Source: Rhizaria sp. SCN 62-66 (lineage: Eukaryota). From it: a stretch of DNA of 64,000 nt. The notes below the pieces were generated by a model that ran no database searches, had not been told where the DNA came from, and saw only the letters and a program-made list of their open reading frames with translations. Positions 12,101 through 24,722 of this stretch are shown in pieces (position 1 is the stretch's first letter; each line of letters starts with the position of its first letter). The DNA lies in the NCBI GenBank assembly GCA_001724265.1, contig MEDY01000011.1, forward strand, positions 62,001-126,000. Reading direction: 5' to 3'. Made by a program: the position numbers and the translations under genes.

Positions 12101-15100
12101 CATTTGCAGCTACAGCGCTGCTATGTGCAGCGCACAGCAACGCAACCGCGTCAGCCACAGCGCGTGCTTGCAGTTGCGCTATGGTAACCGCACGCGCGGT
12201 GGCGGCGGCAATAACCGCTGCCCGTGCGGGCCACGCAGCTGCAACAGTGTCGACCCCAGCGCCTTGCGCTGCCGCAGCCTGTAACACAAAGGCAAGCCCA
12301 GAAGCGCCGCTAACTTGCGGTAATGCAGAGAAAGCGGCCGCATCCTTTGCCAACGCAGCTGCAAGGATGTGCGCGCCCGTCTCCGCGGCCGAGACGGAGG
12401 TTAGTGTTGTTACACTGACGTTTGTCTCTCCCGCTGCACGGTTTACAAGCGTACTTAGCGGATTATAACGCAGCCGTAACGCGGTTGTATGTGCAAGCGT
12501 TAGCTTGGCATCTAGCGGCGTGATCCTACTTGCTACACAAGTTGCAGCCAGCGAGGGCAACGGAGTGAGAACAGGCAGCGTCAAACCGCTACCCCAACCT
12601 AAGTCACTGTCATTGGAGGCAGAACTAGCCGCCGTGGCGACGGCCAAATGTGGCGCAAGCCGCCCGCGCCACGCCGTTGTTGTTGCCGCCATAGCAGCTG
12701 CGGTCTCGGCGGCTGTTTCTGATGGGTACACTGTTTCTACAGCAGGAAAATCGCGTAGCAGTGCGCGCATACCCTCACGCCAAAGCCCTCGCGCAGCAGT
12801 GCGCTCACCCAAAACCTGCGCTGCCACAAGGACTTGGACCTTACGTGCCCCGGCATTTACCTGCGTTGATGACAGCGGCGTGTCCGAGTGCTCCAGTTGA
12901 TGCGCGGCGGCAGAAAGGGCGCGGATGCGGTCGAATCCGCGAACTGTGCGGTATAAAGTCTGTCCGCGGAGCGATGCCCATACACACACACTGTGGCGAA
13001 CAGCGCTTGCGGTTGCAGCCACACGTATAGCCGCGGCACTCGCAGTTGCTGTGCTTACTGGGGAACCCACGTTTGCAAGTGAGGCTGCGGTCGCAGTAAC
13101 AGTGGCGGACACAGATGGTTCAGGTGACGCGGAAAGCGGTTGTGCTAGAAACCACTGAAGTAGCATCCAAGCAGCAGACGTAATCCCGTCAGGGGGCAAT
13201 ACAGAAGTGCAAAGCACACTGTTGCGCGATGACGTTAGCTTAACTCCATGAACATCTATAACCCACGCATTGTCGTCCTCGTCCTTTGAAATCGCGTTTG
13301 AATTGGCGTTGGTATAACTGGAGCTTGCTTGTGCTTTAACAGTTACACCAATGCGTTCTGCAAGATTATTCCACTCGCTCTTGTGCCTGGACACAAGAAA
13401 TTCAAGTGGCCGTACTCCGCCTAACACTGATGTACGACTTAAGTCAGACTTAGTTGCATTGTCAACGTCGGAAGGAAGACCAGTTTGCCGTTGGGATAGA
13501 TAGCCGGTTGTAAACAATACAGTCTCGTCAAACACAGGCAGGAGCACAGTAAGTGCGCGCGTTTCTGCGCTGCAGGAAAGCGCAGCGCCGCAATTAACGC
13601 TGCGGCATGCAGACATCATTTCTGCTAACCGGGCGCGCGCCCGCTGCAACACGATTGCAGTGTCAACTGGCGGTGCTGAAGCTGGTGCGGCGTGTGTCAT
13701 GGCAATCAGTGCAGCGGCCTCATCGTTGGTAAGCTCGTCATCAGCTCGTAGGGATGTGACGAACGCAGCCCACACGCGAGCCGTCTCTGGCAGTGTTGGA
13801 GTGCGCGCGTAGAGAGTGCTGAAGTCATGTTGCAGCGTGCGCAATATTGCCGACGATGAGACAACGGATGCAATGCTCCATTGCTCGCGTTTGTTAAAAT
13901 CGTGCCCAGCATTGTTACTCCTGTTGCTATCTGCCGCTGAAAACGACAATTCATAGCGTGTTGCGGCGACAGAAATCTGGGCTCCGACACCACTTGAAAA
14001 ACCAGTTTCACTGTCGCATGACGGCGTGATCAGGCTTAACGGACTTTCACCAGGCGCAGTAAACGTCAGCTCAGCAGCTGTGGCAACTGCGGACACAGAG
14101 TAAGGGCGCAGATCTGCAGTGCGCGGTCTGAGGAATAGCTCAGTTATGGGCTTCGTAGTTACAGCACGTAAAGCTATCGAGACAACAGTAAGGGAAGACG
14201 CACTCTCAGAGCTGTATGACGAGAGATATGCTGTGACAGGTGTGCCAGTTGAAATAGATGCTGCAAGAGGGAGCAACACGCCAAGCATTGCGCTTAAGTT
14301 TGTTGTTGCATCCACGCGCGTGCAGCCAGCAAACGGGCGCGCTAGCGTGATTGTAGGCCTTGAGTTTAAGCTTGTAGTTGACATTTGTTCACGCAGTGCG
14401 TTGGCACCAAGCGCAAGATCAAGTGCGTCGCAAAGTGGAAGAGCATGAGCATCAGCTAAGTGTAGTTCAAACGCAGCAACAACACTGCGAGCGGCAGAGA
14501 CAATGCTGTCTAACGCTATGCTGTCACACCAGTCCTCGATCGCACCACCGCCTGCAACAATAAGATGATCGGCAAGTGCCATTGGCACTGCTGTGTTTGC
14601 GTTAGGACTAACGCGCACACGCTCCCACAGGCCTGCAAGTGTTGAGGTCAGCGCCACTGCGGCTGCAGCAGCCTCGCACGGTCGATCCGCCGCGGTGCCG
14701 TGAGCACCAGTACGCACCATTCGAGAGGCGCCGTTCCCGCTGCCAGCTACAGTGTCCACGGCAGCTGCAGACAAGATAGAGTTTGTGCTGCTATCAGTGT
14801 TGCACACACCAGCTTCATGCAGTTGGACTGATAGCAATAGCGCAAGGGCCAACGCAGGACTTGCAGCTCCCGTTTCTGATTTCGGCCCGAGCGCAGCCAA
14901 GGCCAACCAGAGCCGCGCTGCTGCCAAGGCCCGAGTTTGAACTTGTGCAAGAGCTGCAGGCCCACAAGGCGCGGTTTTCATACTTAACAAAGATAGCTGG
15001 TGAAGTGCGGTCAGCAACTGTATCGCGCTGTTGAGGCCGGTGACAGCATTAACTACGACGCCATCAGCCTCACTAAGATTGTTGTGACGCTCTTCGGCTC

Positions 15101-18100
15101 CAGCACGCAACCAGGATCCTGCTGGTTGCACGCCTAATAAGGCTAGTGCTGGAACCGCAGAGGCTTCCGCAATAGCGGCCGTGCTTACACCTTCGCCACT
15201 CTGCATTGTAAGCCAGCGGTCAAGTCCGACCCCACCAATGTCTTCCGTTACAGTAATTGTAACATCAACAAATGTTAGCTCCTGCTGCGCACCAGATACA
15301 ACACGCTTTGCCCTGGCATCTCGAGATCGAGTGTAGAGTTTGACTGCGTCTAACAGCAGACCGGTACCTGTTGCACGCAGTGCAGCAGCAGCTGTAAGCG
15401 GGCCCACTGGGACAGCTGCGTTATGTAGGCGCGGATGTTGATGTGGAAATGGCCGTAACACCCACCACGGGTCTACAGCTAGCAATGGCACCTCAGCTTT
15501 GGACTCTGAGCCCATCGCGTTCTCATCATCAGCGCAGGGTCTCCTTGCAGCTGAGCGTATAGAAGCGGTGGTGCGGCGGCGGAGGCGCTCGAGGCCCAAC
15601 ACTGCGAGCGCTGAGTGAGAGCGCTGCGCTGCAGCAGGGTGTGCAGCGGCCGCAGCAGCAAAGATGGGCAGTAGTAAAAGTGTAAGCAATGCAACAGGAG
15701 CCGCAGCAACAAGTGCAACGGCAACAGCACCAGTCAATGTGACTGAAAGTAAGACAGCAACGGCTGCCGCAATAAACACACGCGCACACGCAGTTTGGCG
15801 CGATCCTGTCGCGGCGGCCGCAAGAACTGTTGGAACGAGTGCGCCAAAGAGCGCAGTGGCAGCGATGTAGGCAACATACGTTGTACAAAGAGAGATTGCA
15901 AACGTCACAACCCACATCATAGTAATAGCTAGTGCACATGAAGTAGATGTGCTTGGAACAGGTACTGGTGTTTTCAATGTTCCAAACACTCCGGGCCCAG
16001 CTGCAGCAGCATTTGCATTAGCAACGGGACTTGGTGTGCGACGATCAAGCATAAGAGAGACAGTGGAGTAGCCGAGATGCGGACGCACAGAACACATCTC
16101 CATAGTTACACCCGTTACAGAGGGCCACAGTACAGCGGCGTCAAAGAGCAGTTTAATAGCAATTACAACCGCAAAGAAACCGCAAGTGCGTGCAACATAA
16201 CGTAGTGTCCAACCAGCCCGCGCGCATCCGCTGTGGTGTGCGCGCCGTTGCGTGTGCGCGCCCCCAGGCACAGCATTGCGGCGGCGCAGGCGTGGCGCAG
16301 GGCCTGAGTCCGGTCCCGGCGGGAGCAGAATCGACGCGCCAGCGCGATGCCGTGACCAAGGTACAGCGGCAATGCGGTCTTCCAGCCGCGCTGCGCCGGG
16401 GAGCATAGTCGCACCCGAACTGGAGCGCACCGTGAATGTAACAATATAAAACAACACTGTCACTGCAACTGCAAGGATAACATACTGAATCGCAAACACG
16501 AGTCCCTGCGCAGTGGGCAGCGGTCCGGTGGTGGCGTTGGCGGTGCGCAACGACTGCGAAAAGATGACTCCAAAGTCTGCATCAAACACTGCAACGAGGG
16601 CGCGCAAGGCGGAGAGGGTGAAAACGCGTTCTACAAAGAAGCTTGCAATTGTTTCGTTGACAGGTAGGTTGAACTGGAAAAAGACGGTTTGCACGGTGAC
16701 TTTGACAGGCTCGTACACAAGTGAGACAGACGATGACGGTGCTACTGCGCCAAGGACAAGAATACATACCACACTTACAAGCATCGAGATTAGTGCGGTA
16801 AAACGCAATGAACGTGTAGCGACCGCGTGTGTAAGAGTAAATATTAAGGCAAGTACACAGTCAATAACAGCAATTTTCCAGGCTGTGGTAACGCCGCTCT
16901 CTGATGTGAAGTGGTTTGCTGCAGCTTGAATAAAGCCGCTACCCAAGGTCCACCCACCACCGCCACCCCCCGCACCATCGCCAAAGCGCGAACGAACGAC
17001 GTCGACAACCGCAACGCAGAGCCAAGCATGAAGGCGGATGACGTTCGCATATAGTAATAGCAGTGCAGGCCAGCCACCCGCCGCTGGGTACGCGACTGAG
17101 TGCCCACCGACGCGTGGCATTACTCCACAGCAGCCGCGCGTCTTACCTGTTCCTGCGGGACCTGCATCTGCAGCTTTGTCACTTGATGCGTAAATCTCGG
17201 CGGCGGTATCGTCAAGATCATCAAATGTGGCAGTATGCGCGTCAACAGACTTGAGCTTTGCGGCGGTTACTGTTCGATACCACGCGGGCGCAGCCGTAGC
17301 GCCACCGTGAAGCTTCACAGCCTTTGCGCCACTAGGCAACCGTGCAGAATCTGCGCCATCAACGCCTAATGCAGCAGCTGCTGCCGCACGCTCAGCACTT
17401 AGGCGTGAAAACATATCTGTGCTCATGCCAGGTGTCCGTAGATCAAGTCCACTGGCTTGCAACCGCAAGTAGCGCACTGGGCTAGCACTATTGCTGGCGC
17501 TGTTGTCATCAAGACTGCTGCCATGAAAGCCAGGCGTTGAGTCAAATCGTAATAAGTCAAGTAGACGAGCACGTGCAGTAACTGGCATGCCCGCAAGCGC
17601 AGCAGCTTCGGCAGCGGTGTCGTATGCGTCTCGCACTACAATGTCACTTGTTGCAACACCACCTGGGCCATAACGCTCGTTGCCACTATTGTCAACACCA
17701 GCGGCAGACGCTGCATCACTGTCTGCGCCAGCAAGCGGGACAAAACTGGGGACAACGTCTGCACCTATGGGAAGGTGACGCTCGTGGAATCGCGCGTTTA
17801 TTACAGCTGGTACGCGCCGTAGCGCTTCGCTTGCAGTCCACAGCAAAGCCCAATGCGCGATATCCTCTAGCTGCAGCCAGCTTGCAGGGATGCTTTCAAC
17901 TGCACCCACGACGGTTGCTGCGGCAAACGCTAGCAGCTGCCCACGCAGTGCCACGCCCTCAGCCGCGCGTGCGGCCAACAGGGGCTTAGTCTCGGGCACA
18001 GACGCTGCTGCGGTAGCTCGGGCGAGCGTGCTTGAGACGGTTGGTACGGGCGTGGCAGCCAGTGCAAGACGTGGGACATGTCCGGTTGCGTCACACCACG

Positions 18101-21100
18101 CTAGGTATGACTCTGTAACTCGTGCATGCACGGTGTCAATTGCTTTGATTAGCGCAGCAGCAGACAATGCGGCCGCATCGTCATTGCTGCAGTGCCGTGA
18201 CCATGCCTCAGCAAGAACAGCACTTGAATTCTGTGCACCAATGCTATTCTCGCATAGCAAGGAGAGCCCCGCATGTGCTGTTGCCGTCATATTGCGACCA
18301 CCACCTTCGCTATTTTTGTTGTCACCAGCGGCGGCCGCTGTGCGGATGTACGCGCGCACACCTGCAAGTGACTCGCCAGGCAATGCGTTGTTTGCAGTCT
18401 GCGCAGCCGTTTCATGCTCTGCAACAGCGGCAGCGTAAGCCCGCGCCCAGGCTCCTTGTACCCATGCCAACACCGCAGCTGAAGCCACGGGCACCGCGGC
18501 AGTGTGCGCAAGAGCAGTTGGAAACAGCGAAAGCCGCCAGTGCGCGGCTCGCAGCGCAGCCTCTGCGCCCACAGTAACAGCAGACTGAAGTTGCGGTTGC
18601 GGACTCAAATGCGATTGCGCATGTGGCGCTTGACCTGATGACTGCGCCGCGGCGTTCGGGGGTTGTATCGAATTCAAGGCCGCGGCAGCGCTTGCGGGGG
18701 CGCCGGCAAAAAGCGGGTGCATTAACGCGTTTAGCGCTGCAGCACCAACACTGGCCTGCGTGGAGTGCAGCGACGCTGCTAATGTGGCAGGACCGGGGCC
18801 AAGAGTGTGCGAGCGATGCTCAGTCAGCAGTGGCAGCATGGGCGGGAACGCACGTTTACTGCCGTCGCGAGCTGCATCGTTGCTGGCATTGATTTCACTA
18901 TTAGAGGACGCGCTCATGGCTGATGAAAGCGCAGTTGCAAGTGACGCAAAGGCTTCGGCTTCAACTGAGGTCCACAAGGTGCCATCAGCCCACGCGCTCT
19001 TACCTCTAATAGTCAGCCCGCTTAACTTGTTCTTGCTCTCACTATCACCTTGCGGCCCGCAGCGTGCACATGCGCAAGCGGAGATGAGGACGGCGAGAGC
19101 CGCAACAATTGCAATCCCAGCAACATAAGCGCCTTCAACTCGCCCATGCGCGCAGCAGCGACCATTGTCACAAGCGTCCCAGCGCAGCGAGCCCGTAAAC
19201 ATGCCTGCCATAGCGTGATACGCAAGACGCGGGGCAATGCAGTCGCCCGCCTCATTTGTGTGGCCAACGATTCCCATCCAGCCTGCTGAGTAAAAGTTGT
19301 CAAACGAGCCCTCACGGTCTAGTTTGTCTTTCTTCTCGTTGCCGCCACGGCCATCAACCCTCATGGCAAGCACGGCGCCACCCGAATCGCCAGTGCTCCT
19401 TGTGGCGTTGTCTAAGTTTCCAGCAACGTTGTCGCCGTAAAGTGCGGCAGCTGCAGCGCGCGAGAGAATGCTGCTGCCATCGAAGGCGACCTCGCCGCAG
19501 ACCGCGTGTAGACCGGGGTCAGTTGAGGGGCAGCCGTCGCGCAGAGGAAGCGAGCCCAGTGACGCTCGCCACCACTCGTCGTTCCACTCCATTAGCACGC
19601 CGCCAACACACAGCGGGTCGCGACGCGCCCACGCCGCGGCCGCGGTTGTGCCGGCAGCGTGCGTTAGCGCCAGAGGGCCCGCTGTATTGTCGCTGGCTTT
19701 GTCGCTTGCAGTGGCGTAGCGTGCTGCCGTGAGCACTGGCAGCGCTGCCAGACGGACACGCGGCGCGCTGAACGCGCCGGTGTCATCCGGTGGCAGCGCG
19801 GCGTCTCCACCCTCGTCGTCTTCGTCAAGAGGAACGCCGACAGCACCACCATATGCCGCGGCAGGACTGGCCGTCAAGAACGCCGACAGGTCCGTCGCAA
19901 TTGGCACTGAGCTACTCGACCCTGATCCTGCAGCCGTTGCTGGAGCTCTGCGCGCGTTGCGGGCTGGGGGCGCGGCGGGTGCCGGCGGGCCCCAAACAAT
20001 GTCCCCACCAGTGCTGTAGATGGACGTCTCTGAGTTGGAGGTTGTGTACAGACTGTCAAAGCTGAACATCGGTTGAACTACGCGGCCGCGGGGACGCAGG
20101 ATGTTTGTGTCGGTGTTTTCGTGAGTGTCAATGTCATCAACGTTGTTGTCTTCAGTATCAAGTCCATTCATCGACGTCGCATCATTTTTACTGCTAAAAT
20201 TGTCACTTTGAGTGCGATGCAAGTCCGTGCCACTGGTATCTTCTACAAAGCCATTAACAATTGCGTCGTCATTTCTGTCCTCATTGTTGATGTTGTCTGT
20301 GTCAGAGTAGTCGTCATGGTTGTTACCACAATTGCAACCGCACTCATTCAAGTCATCATTGTCAACATCAATATCTGTTGAGTCTTCATGATCAAGATCA
20401 CGATCAGTGCTGCGATCGACGCAGTCCTCGTATTCGTCTTCAACATAAGTGTCGCGTAAATTATCACGCACGGAGAACGTGCCAGCGCCAACTCCAGCGC
20501 CCGCGCCGCCGCCGGACCCACTGCCGCCGGTGCCCAGCCCCAGTGCGCCCGAGCCGCCGTAGCCAAACCCGCCCGGAATAAAACCAAGCCCGATCTCGCC
20601 GTAACCGTAGCCAAAGCCGCCGGAGAACCTGTCACCGCCGGGGCCCAGTCCACGCGCAAAGTTGGTTAGCCCGCCTGCTCCCGAAGTGGGCACGCGCGCG
20701 AGACGCGTAAGCCCGGGGCCAATCCGAGAGTTGCTGCTGTGGCGCCAGGCTGCCGGGCCCGCCGCGCCGTGCGTGAGCACCGGCGCGGCAGGCTGGCTGG
20801 TGCCCGCGGTGGGCTGGGCAACGCGCGGCGGTGGGGGGAAGTTGCCGCCGCGGAAGAACGGCCCGACGCCGAGCCCGCGGGGCGCGCCGGTCCAAACGGG
20901 CCACACGCGCGGCGGACCCTGAGCGTTCGCGTTGGTGTTGTTGCTGCGTGCGCGTGTGCGCGCGCTTTGGAGCTCAAGTGGGGGAGATGGAGTGTTAGGT
21001 CTGCCGGCAGCACCGCTTGAACCTGCAATAGGGCGGGGCGCTGATGTTGACACAGGAGCAGACGCGGGTGCAACTGCAGGACGTGGCGGTGCAACTGGCA

Positions 21101-23885
21101 CAGCTTGCATTGTACGCATGTTTCGCGTCGCATCATTTGCACCGTGATCAAAGTTTGCCAAGTGGTAGTCTGCAGGCAAAGTGTGAACAATGCGGTACGC
21201 GCGCGCTGAGCGACTAGCGCGCGTAACGCCAACGGGGAAAGAGTAGTCGTCTCCGGCGTAGTTACGATTGCCATGACGACAATCATTTGCGGATACGCGG
21301 GAGTCACTCATATCAGTATTGGCGTTACGGCCGCTGTTGTCGTAGTCGTTGGCGTCAATATTAGAGCTGCTATTATCGTCATAATCTTCGTCAGCGGAGT
21401 TAACATGGATGGGCTCTTCGATGTCAGAATCATTGGCATTATTGTCACTGTCATCGTGCATGTCTTCAATGTGAGAGAGCGCGCGCATGACGCGCATAGT
21501 CCGCGGTTCACTGTTGACTGAGGATACCCGAGCAACTGTTGCTGTGTTTGCGTGACCAACATCACTGCGTGCACTGAAGGTTGAGTACGAGCTTGACGAG
21601 TCGGACAAACCACTAGAGCCATAATCTGCGCTTGCACTGACACCTCCACTATTTGCGCTGCTACTGCTGCTGCTGCTGTCACCACTGTAAGCACTACTGG
21701 CACTGTTTATGTTTGTGTCAATAATGCGCACTGGCGCGCGCGGCGCCGTCACAGGCATAGGCACAGGCCGCGGTGTGCGCACAGTGGGAGTGGGAGTGCT
21801 GACAGTGTCACTACTACTCGATGCTGTTGAGCTGTCAGCGAAGCCAGAGCCCCCCGTACTCGTGCTGCCACTACCGTCAGGGCTTGCTGCTGCAGATGTT
21901 GCAGAGTCCGTGCTCGTACCTGAGCTGCTAGAGCTTGATGACGCTGTGCTGGCAGTGACGTCGTTACCACTTCCAGCCCAATTGGCCATGTTGCTGCCGC
22001 CACTGCTGCTTGCGCTACTAGAGCTCGAACTGCCACTCGAGCCACTGTAATATGTACCTGGCGGGTCAATCCAGCCGCCAGCGCCGCCACTCGCACCTGC
22101 ACTGTCGTACGCACTTCCAGCGGGCCCCGGCGGCAGAGTGCGCGAGTGCTCCAATTCGCCCCACAACGCCGCAACTGCAGCAGCCTGCATGCGCTCGTTC
22201 ACTTCTCCGGAGCCGCGGCGGAAATCAAGTGCGTCCATGCCAAACTCGGTGATTAAAAGCGGCTTCACTGGGCTTCGTGCGCGACGTCCGCCCCTACTTG
22301 GCGCATCAGCGGGGACTGTACCCATTGCGGACAGCGTCTGGAAATGCGAGTATTCGCGCATCATGAGGCCAAACGAGCTGCCGCGGAAAAGTTGCAGCGA
22401 ATACAAGTCAACAGCGCGCGGGTAGCGGCGTTCAAGACGACTGAGTAGTGGCATTAGTGTGGAGTTACGTGACACCTCACCCAGAGGTACCGACACAGGG
22501 TGCCAACACGCAAAGTTAGGTCGCCTGCTGCCAAGCGCTGACTCGCTGTACTCCGCACTGCCGTCGTCAATTGCGCCAACATTGCCAGTGCTGTTGTCAC
22601 CGGTCTTCGGTCGGTCTGGGCACAGCTTGTCGCGTAGAGTGCTCAGTCGCGTGACAAGTCGCATAAATGCCGGTAGCGTCTTTGCGTTGCGGTTGGGCTC
22701 GTTGCCCACAAGCCACATCAGCAGTGCCGGGTGATGCTGGTACCGCCGCAGCTGCGCGGCCCAGCGCTCCTCAACGCGCCGCCACTGCGCGGGCCGGTCG
22801 TCGCTGACGTCAAAGGAGCCGGAGGGCACGCCGTAATCGGGCTGGAATGTGGGGATGACGTAGATGGGGTCCACACCGTTGTTGTACGCGAGGTCGAGGA
22901 ACGACAAGTGTGACACCGCTTCGGACCACCCCCAGAGCCTGATCGCGTTGACACCGGCGCGGCGCATCAGCGCGAGGTCGCGCCGGTGCAGCGCAGCGTA
23001 CCGCTGCGCGTAGTAATCGCCGGCGCGATCGTGCGGTGAGAAGAAGGGCGTGGCGCCTGGCGGCGTGGGCTGGTAGCCCACGCCGCGCACCTGCCACAGG
23101 CCGGGCTTGCCAAAGATGCGCAGTGAACGGGGCTGCGCGGCGTCACTTGTTAGAGTTGCAGCAAGGGCAATACCGGCCGTTGTGTTGTTGAAGCGGACAT
23201 TGCTGTCGCTCGAATCGACACTCTCTGTAGAAGATTCTGCAGCGAAGGGCAACGTAAGTGCGTTGACAGCGGCTGTGTAAGCTGCAGCAAGCGATGACAA
23301 AACAATGTCAGCCGCAGAACTTGCGAGAGTGCTCAGAGTTGTCATAACATTTTGACTATTATTGTTGCCGCTGTCGCTGGTGCGATCGCCGAGTAGACTT
23401 GGGTCTTCGTCAATACTGTCGCAAACTTCGTTGGTTTCTTCGGTGCTTACGTTCATGAATCTCTCTGTTGCGTTGCTAGCACAGACACCCATGTGATTAA
23501 TGTTGGTATGCTCGATAGGAACTCCCAGGTGGCGCCGGGCTAAAACTGTGCCGTCTTCGCTCTCGTTCGGTATCAGCCTGAACGAGGCAGGGACTGTGAG
23601 CACCTCTGCCGCAGCAGCGGCCTCCCACAGCATAGGCAGAAACGCAGCCATGGCCCGCAGCAGCGAGGCCACATCAAGATCACTAGTATTGCTAACCGTT
23701 GTCACGTTTATAGATGGGTCTAGACTCGACAGAGTCGAGATAGTGGTTGGCGGTACCACGGGCTAGAATGATTCCGCGTCATGACTTGAAGCTAAGACGA
23801 AATAACAACAAAAACACAAGAGCGCAAGTAAAACCACGTGCGCTGTTGTGGTCTGCTTGCCGTAAAGCAGTTTTATCTGACTCAT
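6156..23885 (-). CDS. Giant fusion of a clan GH-A glycoside hydrolase and a 1,3-beta-glucan (callose) synthase GT48; open frame 23762-6156, probable ATG at 23885 upstream of an in-frame TAG
   Basis: GH motifs: GVGYQPTPPG (~23070), RDLALMRRAGVNAIRLW, MWLVGNEP (~22700), PLLITEFG (~22245), GGVLMEWNDEWW (~19580). Single TM at ~19100. GT48 motifs: WASLRGQTLYRTVRG (~12960), KSDNQSHALVFARGDIIQAIDMNQD (~9420), AAQETAFGTIVQR, RLHYGHPDLFD, GLSKAS, NLSEDVF, EYLRVGKGRDVG, YVGTGR, with multi-TM blocks on both sides. The start is uncertain (see findings). Confidence 0.9.
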
Positions 23886-24722
23886 GACTTGTCAATGAGG
23901 TTTCTAATAAGTTGGTTGCGTTGAGAATGATGATCAACTCCTCTAGGGCGCGGTTGTTGCTCTCTGGTCACTCAGACCAGCAGTTATAGCGGTGTCCAGT
24001 GAACAAAGCCGAACTTAGGAATAAATAAAGTAACCAGAAAACTACCAGTTAAATTGCGATTTGTGCAGGAACACAGCCCCTGTTTTTGTTTTAGAGCGAG
24101 AAAAAAGGCATAATGACGAGGTCGATGAGGCAGGGTCTAGCGAGCGTTCACGATATTCGGATCGAGATTCCTGGTTTAGGGTTTAATCTAGACGGAATTT
24201 AAGTATTCGTACACAATTGCCCATACTATGAAAAAACTTTACAATAAGTGCAGAGCATTTCACGACATATTTACTAAGATATCTTCATGCCCAAATTCGC
24301 TTCAAGTTGGATCTCGATTGATGCTCTCAGCCGTTGCGCAGCTATGCTCACGGTCACCCCGAAAGGTTTACAGCAAAAGACGCAGAATACCATCTTCTTT
24401 AAGTTGTATCATACATGTCAGAACATAAGTTCATTGCTAAATGCTCGCGAGTAAAACGCCGGATATAGTATAACGTGCAATGCATGCGTAAGCTTGAAGT
24501 TACATGAATCTTAGCCAGGAGAGAGATCGAGATGAGATGAGTTTATTCTGTATATAATCATCAGACTCTGGCCTGCGCGCGGTCATTGCACCATTCAAAT
24601 CATCTGGCGCATGTAAAACAACGCACACACACATTTGAACCCATAACTGCACACTTAATCCCCCTTACTACACGCACACTGTTTGTTCCACCCTTAGGTG
24701 ACTGCACTCCGAGGTCAACCAT

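Noticed and set aside
19620-22140. Intein or mobile element as the source of the large in-frame insertions
   Set aside because: No intein terminal motifs, endonuclease or transposase motifs, terminal repeats or target-site duplications were visible; composition is simple low complexity.
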